Under the pieces are notes generated by a model that was not told where the DNA came from, made no database searches, and saw only the letters and a list, made by a program, of their open reading frames with translations. A DNA stretch of 64,000 nucleotides, taken from NCBI GenBank assembly GCA_963843455.1, contig CAWJKE010000016.1:159506-223505 (forward strand). The letters are read 5' to 3'. A program made the position numbers and the translations under genes. The stretch is from an uncultured Actinomycetota bacterium (lineage in GTDB: Bacteria; Actinomycetota; Thermoleophilia; RBG-16-64-13). Position 1 is the first letter of the stretch. Each line of letters starts with the position of its first letter. Below, piece after piece: positions 1 to 8,619 of this stretch.

Positions 1-23
1 TACGTTTGACGTCGGAGCTTCGA

Positions 24-269
24 CTAGTACGACGGCCGCAGAGGCGCCGGTATGTGCGGAATCACGTCGATCACCTGCTCTGTGCACACGCTTTCACACG
101 CCAGGCACCAGACGCAGTCTTCCGGATACGCGACCACCGGCCTTTTGGCCTGCTCGTCCCAGCGGATCACGTCGGCGAAGCAGGCGTTCATGCAGGCCTT
201 GCAGCCGCTGCAGCCGGCGAGATCGATCTTGATCTCCTTGATCCACTGTTCGGGTGCTTGATCCGTCAT
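24..269 (-). CDS. 4Fe-4S ferredoxin
   Basis: Part of ORF 24..368(-). Two Cys clusters (CSGCKACMNAC and CVWCLACESVC). ATG at 269 giving MTDQAPEQ. Lies 8 nt downstream of the 278..934 gene, so probably an operon. Confidence 0.7.
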   Translation of the reverse strand: MTDQAPEQWIKEIKIDLAGCSGCKACMNACFADVIRWDEQAKRPVVAYPEDCVWCLACESVCTEQVIDVIPHIPAPLRPSY

Positions 270-277
270 TGGTCGGC

Positions 278-934
278 CTACTCCTCGACGTAGACGATGC
301 GCGAGCCTTCCTTCTTGATCTTGAACGACGACCGGCGGTTGATCGCCGGGTCGGAGACCGCCTGCCACATGCCCCAGAGTGCAGGGAGAAAGCCCGTGAA
401 CGTGTTGATCTCCGCAACGTTATGCGCAGGCCAGCCCCCGCCCGTGGGCGTCTTGCCGCTCGGATGCGGCGGGAGAGCGTCCTGCGGAGTCGCCGGATCA
501 GGTCCGAGCAACATGCCCGGAGGCACGTGCATGCAGGAACGGAGTTTGCAGCCGCCGGGGATGGCCTCATACTGATGAGACAGCATCACCCACGGAGGCA
601 TGTCCGGCTGATCCCCGGTGGAGCCGGCGGTGAGCAGATGGTCATACGTCCAGAAGTCCACGTGGGCCGGAGTGCCGAGATTGGGATCGACCCACTCGAT
701 GCGGAGGTCCATCACCGGACCGTAGTCGATGCTCTCGCTGGCGATCTGGACGGCGCCGATGTGTCCGCCCAGCGGTGGCTTGACTTCCCAGCAGAACCCT
801 TTGTGCTCGTCGGGGCACCAGAGTTCGTAGCCCTTCTCCATGTTGACCCACCACCAGTCCAGCATCTCGACGGTCACTCCGGGAATGGTGTGGTCGACCA
901 CGAGCCAGCCCGCCGGGTACGTCCCTTCCTCCAC
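278..934 (-). CDS. conserved hypothetical protein, Trp-rich (possibly DAPG-hydrolase-like family)
   Basis: 218-aa ORF with a GTG start at 934 and a GGAAGGAGG ribosome-binding site 6 nt upstream. Co-oriented and adjacent to the ferredoxin gene. Confidence 0.55.
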   Translation of the reverse strand: MEEGTYPAGWLVVDHTIPGVTVEMLDWWWVNMEKGYELWCPDEHKGFCWEVKPPLGGHIGAVQIASESIDYGPVMDLRIEWVDPNLGTPAHVDFWTYDHLLTAGSTGDQPDMPPWVMLSHQYEAIPGGCKLRSCMHVPPGMLLGPDPATPQDALPPHPSGKTPTGGGWPAHNVAEINTFTGFLPALWGMWQAVSDPAINRRSSFKIKKEGSRIVYVEE

Positions 935-1283
935 TGCGTGCCTCCTTCCAGCTGGGAGATCCTGGGCCCACCCATACTACACGGATGAACAGGCCACGAT
1001 GCGCGTGAGTTTGTCTATCGGGGCCGTCGGTTCACGCCGGGCGCTGGGACCTTTCGTAGGGAATACATTGACCTTCATTCGTTATCTGGATGACTTCGCG
1101 TACAAGCCCTCTTCCTGCTAGGCGTTTGCCAGACAGCGGGTCGTCAGAGGCAGTCAGAGCGCGGCAGGTCAGGTTCCCTCCGAATCGGAACATTGCCTGC
1201 ATATGCGCACTGTATGACATCTGCCGACAGTCCGCATCAAGGTCTTGACTGGTCTCGAAAACCGTTGTGCCGTGCAAACGGTA

Positions 1284-1311
1284 CCGGGGTTCGAATCCCC
1301 CCCTCTCCGCT
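1284..1311 (+). other. tRNA 3' fragment (T-arm CCGGGGTTCGAATCCCC plus partial acceptor), not a complete tRNA
   Basis: The canonical GGTTCGAATCC T-loop motif with flanking stem is present, but no matching 5' acceptor, D-arm or anticodon arm is found upstream. Confidence 0.35.
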
Positions 1312-1336
1312 TGGGAAAGCCAAGAACAGCTCGTCA

Positions 1337-1403
1337 GAACCCGGCCCCAGCGGTCGGCTTTTCGCGTCTTTCGGACGAGTTCGGTGGCAATTCGGGGGCA
1401 AAC
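1337..1403. repeat. dispersed intergenic repeat copy A (core TTTCGCGTCTTTCGGRCGAGTTCGG...GGGGCAAAC)
   Basis: Aligns with copies at 2147, 2325 and 5296; about 80% identity over about 60 nt by eye. Confidence 0.6.
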
Positions 1404-1479
1404 ACGACAACTGCCAGCTAGTAGAACGAGACGGGCCCGCGCAGGCGCGAGCCGGCCGAAGGCGACTCGTCTCGCTCCT

Positions 1480-1980
1480 TTAGAGCCTCATTACCATTTG
1501 GATCTCGCGGAGGTGGTCCCGCGGCGGTGGCAGTGCACCTATTTCCCCGGTGGGAACGAAACCCTTTCGGGTGTACAGCGCGAGGGCGGGCGTGTTCTTC
1601 TCCCCCACGTCTAGGAGCAGGCGATCCCACCCCTGAGTCCCGGCCCACTCCGCCAGGACGTCGATCAAGGCCGAGCCCACGCCCTGACGCCGTGCCTCTC
1701 GTGCCACCCACATGGAGATCAGGTAGCCGGCGTCCCGACACCGCTCGTGGGACATGCCGCGAACCAGGCCCGCGTCGAACCCGTTGGTCGTCGCCACAAA
1801 GGTAGCCAGCTGCTCCAGCTGGAGTTCCCAGCTCTCCGGAGGTTGGGCTGCGGCCTCCCCGAAAGTCGTCCCGAAGGCATCTGGGGAGTCACTAAGGGCG
1901 CGAAGCCGGATAGCGCGTAGCCGCTCTCCGGATCCGGCGGCTAGACGCTCGATGGTAGCGAACTGCGGTTTTCGAATCAG
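1480..1980 (-). CDS. GNAT family N-acetyltransferase
   Basis: ORF 1480..1797 gives the GNAT C-terminal half (motif RRQGVGSALI). The in-frame upstream extension to about 1980 encodes a typical GNAT N-terminus (IRKPQFATIERLAAG...LRLRALSDSPDAFG) but has no ATG, GTG or TTG, so the start is unresolved (CTG/ATT, or a hidden frameshift). Confidence 0.55.
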   Translation of the reverse strand: MIRKPQFATIERLAAGSGERLRAIRLRALSDSPDAFGTTFGEAAAQPPESWELQLEQLATFVATTNGFDAGLVRGMSHERCRDAGYLISMWVAREARRQGVGSALIDVLAEWAGTQGWDRLLLDVGEKNTPALALYTRKGFVPTGEIGALPPPRDHLREIQMVMRL

Positions 1981-2146
1981 TGTCCGATCTTTCTGGTTCC
2001 GCGAAGAAGGCCACTCCCGTGTGGACCATTGCCGGTCGTGCCCCGAATGTATACGCCGCCAGTCCTACTGTCCAGGGGGTCCGCCGCTCCTGCCGTTGAA
2101 GCTAGCGACAGTACTTGCCATGGCCGTCGCATGCGGTGCTGCGAGT

Positions 2147-2209
2147 GGACCCGGTCCCAGTGGCCGGGTTTTCGCGTCTTTCGGGCGAGTTCGGGGCAGG
2201 TCGGGGCTC
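2147..2209. repeat. dispersed intergenic repeat copy B
   Basis: GGACCCGGTCCCAGTGGCCGGGTTTTCGCGTCTTTCGGGCGAGTTCGGGGCAGGTCGGGG, closely matching copy A. Confidence 0.6.
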
Positions 2210-2324
2210 TCACCGTCGGCCACGGGCTCCCTTGCCCGAAGTGCCTTTTGTGAGCCTCGAGTCTCTAGCTCATGATAGTCCAGCGCGGCGTCGCCGCGCC
2301 GACCGTGTCGCTGAGGCCAGGTTT

Positions 2325-2376
2325 CGCGTCTGTCGGGCGAGTTCGGGGACAAGTCGGGGCAATTCCGGGGCAAACT
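2325..2376. repeat. dispersed intergenic repeat copy C
   Basis: GGTTTCGCGTCTGTCGGGCGAGTTCGGGGACAAGTCGGGGCAATTCCGGGGCAAAC. Confidence 0.6.
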
Positions 2377-2465
2377 CGCCACCACGGAACACGTGTCGTC
2401 CTCATCTCGGCCTGGGTACATACTCAAGACACCGGCCGCTGTTAACGAGATAGAAGGGGAGTGAG

Positions 2466-2912
2466 ATGGCCGCTTCATTGGACCCAGTGACCAAAGTGAG
2501 TGACGAGTTGAAGTCACTGCTGAACAGTGCGATTGCCAGGGAGATCCAGGTAAGCGTCCAGTACATGTGGCAGCATGTCCAGGTCGTGGGCGTGAAGGGC
2601 GTGGCCGTCAGGGATGTGTTCCAAGAGACCGCCATCGCGGAGATGAAGCATGCTGAGAAAATCGCTGAGAGGCTCTGGTACCTCGGCGGCACGCCCACGA
2701 CCAAGCCGGCGCCGATCGAGGTTGGGAATACGCTGAAGGAGTTCCTCGAACTCGATGCAAAGGCAGAGGTGGAAGCCGTTGAGATGTATCGCCAAATCAT
2801 CGAGCTGGCGACGAAGGAGCATGACGTAACGACGGCCTTCATGTTCAAAGAGATTCTCGAAGACGAGGAAGAACATCACGATCTGTTCACCACCATGCTC
2901 GAAGAGGTGTGA
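2466..2912 (+). CDS. bfr: bacterioferritin-like (ferritin-like diiron) protein
   Basis: 148 aa. Motif AEMKHAEKIAERLWYLGG resembles the Bfr motif DEMKHADKYIERILFLEG. Ribosome-binding site GAAGGGGAG upstream. Confidence 0.7.
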   Translation: MAASLDPVTKVSDELKSLLNSAIAREIQVSVQYMWQHVQVVGVKGVAVRDVFQETAIAEMKHAEKIAERLWYLGGTPTTKPAPIEVGNTLKEFLELDAKAEVEAVEMYRQIIELATKEHDVTTAFMFKEILEDEEEHHDLFTTMLEEV

Positions 2913-2920
2913 CCCTCGGT

Positions 2921-2936
2921 CCACCGCGCACGGTGG
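2921..2936 (+). terminator. GC hairpin 9 nt after the bfr stop (CCACCG-CGCA-CGGTGG), no U-tract
   Basis: Perfect 6-bp inverted repeat seen directly in the sequence. Confidence 0.3.
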
Positions 2937-3065
2937 CGACGCGCATCACTTCCTCACCGCTTCGGCGACGCTTGGCCCATCGACGGGCATGGTCGGCCTA
3001 TACTCGATGTACGCGGGAGCGAACGAATAGTCCCGTGACCTGCTCCAAGAGGAAGGAGACGAACC

Positions 3066-3497
3066 GTGTCAGAACAAGACAACGTTCGCATCGCCGACGA
3101 GTACCTTGAGGCACTGAACTCTCACGACTATGACCAAGTGAAGGCTTACCACGCCGACTCGTTCCGGTCTCTGCTGCCCGGGCTCCCCGGCCCGGTCGAC
3201 GAGGCGGGGCACCGGGCCTTCCTCCAAGGAAACTGGAGTGCTTTCCCCGACCTGTCCTTCCAGGTCACCCAGAGGATCGCCAGCGGTGATCATGTAGTGG
3301 ACACCTGGGTGGGGACAGGCACACATAGCGGCCCGATGATCACGCCCACGGGTGCCAGCGTGCCCCCGACGGGGCGTAAAGGGAGCATCCCGGGCGTCGA
3401 CATAATCGAGATCAAGAACGGGAAGATCGTCCGCGCCGACGTGTACTTCGACACGATGACACTCTTGGCGCAACTTGGCCTTGTGCCGGGGATGTAG
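3066..3497 (+). CDS. SnoaL-like / ester cyclase (NTF2-like superfamily) protein
   Basis: GTG start with an AGGAAGGAG ribosome-binding site. 143 aa with an NTF2-like sequence pattern. Confidence 0.65.
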   Translation: MSEQDNVRIADEYLEALNSHDYDQVKAYHADSFRSLLPGLPGPVDEAGHRAFLQGNWSAFPDLSFQVTQRIASGDHVVDTWVGTGTHSGPMITPTGASVPPTGRKGSIPGVDIIEIKNGKIVRADVYFDTMTLLAQLGLVPGM

Positions 3498-3771
3498 GCG
3501 CCGGCACCTGCAGCGAATCTGGCGGTGCGTGGGGAGCAGGAGCGGAGGTCCTTCGGGACGTTCGCTGCTCTTCACCTCTGGAAAGCCCGGACGAGAGTGC
3601 GCTGGGCTGATCGTGCGCCCCTGAATTGCCTGGGAAGCGGCGCGCCCTGGAACTCTGTCAACGTGGTCAGGCGGCGGACATGACAGGCTCTTGCCGCGGT
3701 CAACGGGAACGAGTTTCATATGGCGCTCCGCGGGTACAGAGCAAAGAATATCCTAGGATAGGGGAGTCGAA

Positions 3772-4140
3772 ATGCCGCGCTATATACACTTCGAGCACTA
3801 TATGGATGACGCCCAGAAGGGAATCGACTTCTACGAGAAGGTTTTCGGCTGGAAGGCCGAGAAATTCGGCGATATGGCCTATTGGACCATCGTTAGCGGC
3901 GAGGAAAACACGCCGGGCATCAACGGCGGGTTTAGCCAAGCCGCGGCCCCGGGGGGCCAGCGGGTGGTGAACACCATGGGAGTGGAGGACATCGACGGTG
4001 CGATCAAACGCGCCGAGGAGGCAGGCGCCAGCGTCCTCTTGCCGAAGCAGGCGATTCCGGGCATGGCTTGGATCGCCTACCTCACAGATCCCACGGGCGT
4101 TGTTTTCGGCCTATTCATGGAGGACCAGACGGCCGCGTAG
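3772..4140 (+). CDS. VOC (glyoxalase/bleomycin-resistance) family protein
   Basis: 122 aa. RBS AGGGGAG. Motifs typical of VOC/GloA-like folds. Confidence 0.65.
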   Translation: MPRYIHFEHYMDDAQKGIDFYEKVFGWKAEKFGDMAYWTIVSGEENTPGINGGFSQAAAPGGQRVVNTMGVEDIDGAIKRAEEAGASVLLPKQAIPGMAWIAYLTDPTGVVFGLFMEDQTAA

Positions 4141-4257
4141 CCTTTGGGCCGGCGGGGAATGAGCCGTTGAGGCTATTGATACGAACGGCTAGTACGAAGA
4201 CATGCGCCGGCCGCCGAGTGCTACCTAGAAGCTGAAGGCCGGACATGAGGGGGGACG

Positions 4258-4761
4258 ATGCAGCAGTTCCTCATCGGGATTTCTGGTGCCCTCCTGGGGG
4301 TCATCGGCTGGCTCCTCGTGGGGATGTACATCCAGCGGCGGCTCCACGACCGCCAGGCCCGCGATGCCGCTCGCGCCGTGTATTTCGAGGTGGGGGCGAA
4401 CCACCTCACCGTCTTTACCGCACTGGAATATCGCGCGTTCGGGCCGCTAGGCCGCTCGACGTTCGACCGCCTACTCCCGGAGCTTGCCACCTGGCTGCCG
4501 GCCGCGGAGCTCCAAGCTCTCGCCCTGGCGTACCTGGGACACGCCGGCTACGACCAGATGTCCCAGGATTCCAGCCTACCCGACGAAACGCGCCGCTCGG
4601 CGCTCAGCGCCCTCCTCGAGACGCACCGGGTTGCGGTGGACCTCCTTCGCCGGCGCGCGTTCAGCCAGCGGGAGATCGAGTCGCTAGGTAAGTATGTGAG
4701 CGCCGAGAGTGCTGAACTGATGCTGGCGGCGGAATCGCCCATGCCGGGTCCTGATCGATAG
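4258..4761 (+). CDS. hypothetical membrane-anchored protein
   Basis: 167 aa with an N-terminal transmembrane helix. RBS GAGGGGGG upstream. Confidence 0.5.
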   Translation: MQQFLIGISGALLGVIGWLLVGMYIQRRLHDRQARDAARAVYFEVGANHLTVFTALEYRAFGPLGRSTFDRLLPELATWLPAAELQALALAYLGHAGYDQMSQDSSLPDETRRSALSALLETHRVAVDLLRRRAFSQREIESLGKYVSAESAELMLAAESPMPGPDR

Positions 4762-4779
4762 GAGGCAGTATGTTCGAGA

Positions 4780-5274
4780 ATGGACGTAGGGACGCGGGCG
4801 CCGGGCAAACCGGGACCACCACGGGACAGAGCGGCCGGAACTCGAGGATCCTGGCCGGATTCGTCGCGCCTCCTCGACGCTGAGGATCTCGGGAGACTCA
4901 ATGAGTACCTGACAGACGACGTGGTCATGGATTGGCCCCAATCCGGCGAGCGTGTGCGCGGCATCGACAACTTCCGAGAGATCATCTCGGGATACCCGGG
5001 ACGGGATGGGACCGGCTTCAAGTCCGAGCCCATTCTGGTTGCCGGCGAGGAGCCCCATTACGTCATGACCCCCACGTTCAATCTGGTGCGCGTCCAGGGC
5101 TCGGGCGACAACCCGGTCTTCGTGGCCAAGCTGCACTACCCCGACGGATCGACCTGGTACATGATCGGCTTCTGCTCGATACGCGAGGACAAGATCGCCC
5201 GACAGACGGCCTATTTCGCCCCGGAATACCCGGCACCCGACTGGCGTACCCCGTGGGTCGAGCCGCTGGCGTAG
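4780..5274 (+). CDS. NTF2-like (SnoaL/ketosteroid-isomerase-like) protein, start uncertain
   Basis: The domain body is in the 4780 frame, but the only strong RBS+ATG (AGGAGG...ATG at 4770) is in a different frame that terminates near 4881, so a frameshift in the 5' end is possible. Confidence 0.5.
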   Translation: MDVGTRAPGKPGPPRDRAAGTRGSWPDSSRLLDAEDLGRLNEYLTDDVVMDWPQSGERVRGIDNFREIISGYPGRDGTGFKSEPILVAGEEPHYVMTPTFNLVRVQGSGDNPVFVAKLHYPDGSTWYMIGFCSIREDKIARQTAYFAPEYPAPDWRTPWVEPLA

Positions 5275-5295
5275 GACCAGAGCTGGGAGTGTCGG

Positions 5296-5348
5296 GATCC
5301 GGCCCAGTTGATCGGGTTCTCGCGCCTTTGAGGCGAGTTCGGTCACGG
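5296..5348. repeat. dispersed intergenic repeat copy D (more diverged)
   Basis: GATCCGGCCCAGTTGATCGGGTTCTCGCGCCTTTGAGGCGAGTTCGGTCACGG. Confidence 0.5.
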
Positions 5349-5456
5349 TCCCCGCATCCAGGGCCCCTCCTCGTCGCCCAGCGCCAGGGCGGCGTTTGTG
5401 GCCAGCGATAGTGGGGTAAGCCAGTCGCGACAGTCAACTCTCTCAGGGGGACCCAA

Positions 5457-5849
5457 GTGAACATCGTTGTATGGGCCGACATACCGGTGACCGACCTCAA
5501 CCGAGCGTCGAAGTTCTACTCCCATGTCCTCGGCATGCCGGTCAACGAGATGCCCGGCGCCGAAGGAGTCGCGATACCCGGATCCCCGCCGCCCGAGGGC
5601 CAGCCGGCTCCAGAGACTATGACGGTAGCCTTCGACCTCTACCTGGGTGGCAAGCCAAGCACCGACGGGGTGACGGTGTATCTGTCGGCGATGGGGGACC
5701 TTCCGGGCGTGATGGCACGCATCCGGGAGGCGGGCGGCGAGATCCTTCAGGAGCCTCAGGACATGGGGCCGATGATCGGCACGCTGGCTTTCTTCAAAGA
5801 TACCGAGGGCAACCGCATAGGCATACACCATGCGCCCGCCGGGATGTGA
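5457..5849 (+). CDS. VOC/glyoxalase family protein
   Basis: GTG start, 130 aa. Its stop overlaps the msrB start (ATGTGATG). Confidence 0.65.
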   Translation: MNIVVWADIPVTDLNRASKFYSHVLGMPVNEMPGAEGVAIPGSPPPEGQPAPETMTVAFDLYLGGKPSTDGVTVYLSAMGDLPGVMARIREAGGEILQEPQDMGPMIGTLAFFKDTEGNRIGIHHAPAGM

Positions 5850-6259
5850 TGCCGGAGGCCAAGATGGTCCAGAAACTGGTCCGTAGCAGGGAGGAGTGGC
5901 GGCGCATCCTACCGTCCGACCACTATCGGGTGTTGTTCGAGGACGGGACGGAGCCCGCCTTCAACAACGAGTACGACGACTTTTGGGAACAAGGCACGTA
6001 CGCCTGCTACGCGTGTGACCTGCCCTTGTTCAGTTCGGAAGCGAAGTTTCATTCCGGCACGGGATGGCCCAGTTTTTGGCGACCGATCTCGCCTGATGCG
6101 GTGGAGGAGCACGTGGATCGTTCCCTTTGGATGAGACGAACAGCAGTAAGCTGCGCCCGCTGCGAGGGCCACTTGGGCCACGTGTTCGATGACGGACCGC
6201 CGCCCACGGGTCTGCGATACTGCATGAACTCCGCCTCGCTCAAGTTCGTACCGGAGTAG
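5849..6259 (+). CDS. msrB: peptide-methionine (R)-S-oxide reductase MsrB
   Basis: SelR motifs GTGWPSF and CxxC...RCEGHLGHVFDDGPPPTGLRYCMNS. The ATG at 5849 overlaps the previous stop. The longer ORF 5471..6259 has a spurious N-terminal extension. Confidence 0.85.
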   Translation: MPEAKMVQKLVRSREEWRRILPSDHYRVLFEDGTEPAFNNEYDDFWEQGTYACYACDLPLFSSEAKFHSGTGWPSFWRPISPDAVEEHVDRSLWMRRTAVSCARCEGHLGHVFDDGPPPTGLRYCMNSASLKFVPE

Positions 6260-6372
6260 CACGCCAGTAACCTCGACGGCCTCGGCGGCGAGCGTTTGCA
6301 GTTCTGAAGTAGGGGTAGCTTCAGCTGTGATTCAGCTCGTATCCGATCGGCATCCCGCGGAAGGAGTTCCCG

Positions 6373-6810
6373 ATGAGCGTCGAACAAGTCGCCGGTGATT
6401 TCGTGAAGAATATGAATGATCCCGAAAAGCTGAAGCAACTCGTCACCCCGGATGCCATGGCGAGTGGTGGAGTCCTGCCTCAGGCCATCCCGGTGATGCA
6501 AGCCATGGGAATGGTGAGCGCGCTGGTCACTGCTATGCCCGATCTGAGCTTTGCCATAGAGCAGACCACGGTGAGCGGGGACCAGGCAACCGTGAGAGTG
6601 CATTGGAGCGGCACCCAGTCTGGTCCATTGAATCTGCCGGTGGAGGGAATACCGACCCTTCCGCCGACCGGGAAGAAGGTATCGGTAAAGGATGCCTATG
6701 TCGTTACTGTCCAAGGCGACAAGGTCTCTCACATGCACGTCGAGTCGCCTTCCGATGGCGGCATCCCTGCGGCACTCAAACAGCTGGGAGTCGATGTCCC
6801 GGTCATGTAG
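6373..6810 (+). CDS. SnoaL-like / ester cyclase family protein
   Basis: 145 aa. RBS GGAAGGAG. Confidence 0.6.
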   Translation: MSVEQVAGDFVKNMNDPEKLKQLVTPDAMASGGVLPQAIPVMQAMGMVSALVTAMPDLSFAIEQTTVSGDQATVRVHWSGTQSGPLNLPVEGIPTLPPTGKKVSVKDAYVVTVQGDKVSHMHVESPSDGGIPAALKQLGVDVPVM

Positions 6811-7279
6811 CGCCATCTTGCCATCCTTGTCGCCCGAGCTGACTCCGGCCGTGGCGCCGGTGGGATTGGCCTCACCGGGGGGCATGCCCATCTCCTCCGC
6901 GAGCACCGCTTAGCCGAGAGTTCGCCGGGCGGTCTTCGCGTCCCCACCACCGCCGGCACAGAGACACCGGCTGTTGGGGAGGAGGTTGCGGTAGAGGAGG
7001 TACCCACATCTCCGCATGACGGGGACTGGGGCGCGTACATCTCGGGGCTCAGGGAACAGGGAGACCATACTCCGGCGGCCGTTCTCATGGGAAAGACCGT
7101 CCCGGGTTGGGAGAAGAAGCAGCCGCCCACCACTGAGACGCCCACAACCGAGGAGCCCGCCACCGAGGAGGCCACCAGCGTGGCGACCATCGGTCACGGA
7201 CACGGACACGGCAAGAAGTAACGCCGGCGGGTGAAGAAGCGAGAGTAAACACGAGGCTGAGAGCCTACCGTGGAAACGG

Positions 7280-7307
7280 CAAGGGGCCGCCCGACAGCGG
7301 CCCCTTG
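7280..7307 (+). terminator. strong GC hairpin (11-bp perfect stem CAAGGGGCCGC/GCGGCCCCTTG)
   Basis: Seen in the sequence. Lies in a gap between a possible small acidic/His-rich ORF ending near 7220 and the ADH gene. Confidence 0.35.
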
Positions 7308-7614
7308 CCAGCGTTCCCCATGGACCCTTCGCGCTAGCGCATGCGTTCGAACTTCAGTTGACCTTGACGAGCGCCGCCGGGATGAGCTTCACGGGGCCGA
7401 TCAGGCCGGACGCCGCCGCAACCAGAGGCTGGTTGGGGAATCCGGGCGATGGACCGGGGATGGCGACACTTGCCGTGGAGACGCCTGCGCGATGCCGCAG
7501 TGGTGTCGCAGTGCGCGGCAACCCCATTCCCAGTCGCCGCAGTCGGGACTATCATCCTCACATGAACACGATCATCAGTCGCCTACTTCATCCACTCAAA
7601 GGAGAGTGCCCCAG

Positions 7615-8619
7615 ATGAGAGCAGCGTTTGTGGTGGCCCCCCGCAAGTACGAGATACGCGAGATCCCCACCCCGCAGATCACCGACAGCGAGATGCTGGT
7701 CAAGATAGAGGCCTGCGGCGTCTGCTCCAGCGACATGTCCGGGTACAAGGACTCGTGGGGCGCGGAGATGAAGCAGGCCAATCCCTTCCCGAGGCGCGCC
7801 GGGCACGAACCGGCGGGAACGGTGGTGGAAGTCGGCAATCTGGTGAAGGGCTTCAACGTGGGTGACCGGATAACCGGCTACTTCGCCGACGACGCTTATT
7901 GCGAGTACGTGGCCGTCGATCCCGCCAGATTCGCCGCCCATCGCGCCCACGGCATGATCATCGAGAAGATCCCGGACGGCGTCCCTTTCGAATATGCTCT
8001 CGGCGAGCCCCTCATGAGCTGCATGTCCATCGCACGCACGACGACACCCGAGTTCGGGGATTTCGTCTTCCAGATAGGCGCCGGCTTCATGGGCCTGGGG
8101 ATCGTCGCCGGGGTCTCCTCTCCCAAGCTGCGCGAATACATCGTCGCGGACCTGGACGACAGCCGCCTCGAGTTGGCCAAGGAACTGGGGGCCACCATCA
8201 CCCTCAACCCCTCAAGAGTGGATGTGGTCAAGGAGGTCATGAGGATAACCGGGGGCCGGGGCGTCGATGTGGCCATCGAGGTGGTCGGCCACCCGATAGG
8301 CATCAAGATGACCGGGGACGTGATCAAGACCAACCGGGCCAAGGTGATCCTCGTGGGCTGGCACCAAGCGCCCGACACCTACGAGCTGTTCAACTGGATC
8401 AAGTGCCCCATCATCTACAGCCCGCAGGGCATCGGCATGTCCACCAACTACCAGAGTGAGTTGGAACGAGCCATGTGGGCGCTGGAGAAGGGCGTCTATC
8501 CCATGGAGAAGCTCGTCACCCACAAGTACAGGCTGGAGGACATAGGCCAGGCCTTCGAGGACAACCTGGGCATGAAGCCCGGGTACATCAAGGGCGTGGT
8601 CATGCCGTTCATGGCCTAG
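7615..8619 (+). CDS. Zn-dependent alcohol dehydrogenase (MDR superfamily, threonine/sorbitol dehydrogenase-like)
   Basis: ATG at 7615 with RBS AAAGGAGAG. Contains GHEPAG and GxGxxG motifs. The ORF listed as 7270.. is a spurious 5' extension. Confidence 0.8.
   Translation: MRAAFVVAPRKYEIREIPTPQITDSEMLVKIEACGVCSSDMSGYKDSWGAEMKQANPFPRRAGHEPAGTVVEVGNLVKGFNVGDRITGYFADDAYCEYVAVDPARFAAHRAHGMIIEKIPDGVPFEYALGEPLMSCMSIARTTTPEFGDFVFQIGAGFMGLGIVAGVSSPKLREYIVADLDDSRLELAKELGATITLNPSRVDVVKEVMRITGGRGVDVAIEVVGHPIGIKMTGDVIKTNRAKVILVGWHQAPDTYELFNWIKCPIIYSPQGIGMSTNYQSELERAMWALEKGVYPMEKLVTHKYRLEDIGQAFEDNLGMKPGYIKGVVMPFMA

Noticed and set aside
254-988. 244-aa ORF on the plus strand
   Set aside because: It lies antisense to the well-supported 278..934 gene. 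The product is Arg/Pro-rich, which is a typical high-GC shadow ORF.
1284-1311. Possible complete tRNA gene
   Set aside because: Only the T-arm and 3' acceptor half can be folded. No complementary 5' acceptor, D-arm or anticodon arm is found within 90 nt upstream.
5471-6259. 262-aa ORF
   Set aside because: Only the last 137 codons (from the ATG at 5849) match MsrB. The upstream part overlaps the VOC gene in another frame and is Arg/Gly-rich noise.
7270-8619. 449-aa ORF
   Set aside because: The N-terminal 115 aa have no ribosome-binding site and are low-complexity. The real ADH starts at 7615, which has a good ribosome-binding site.
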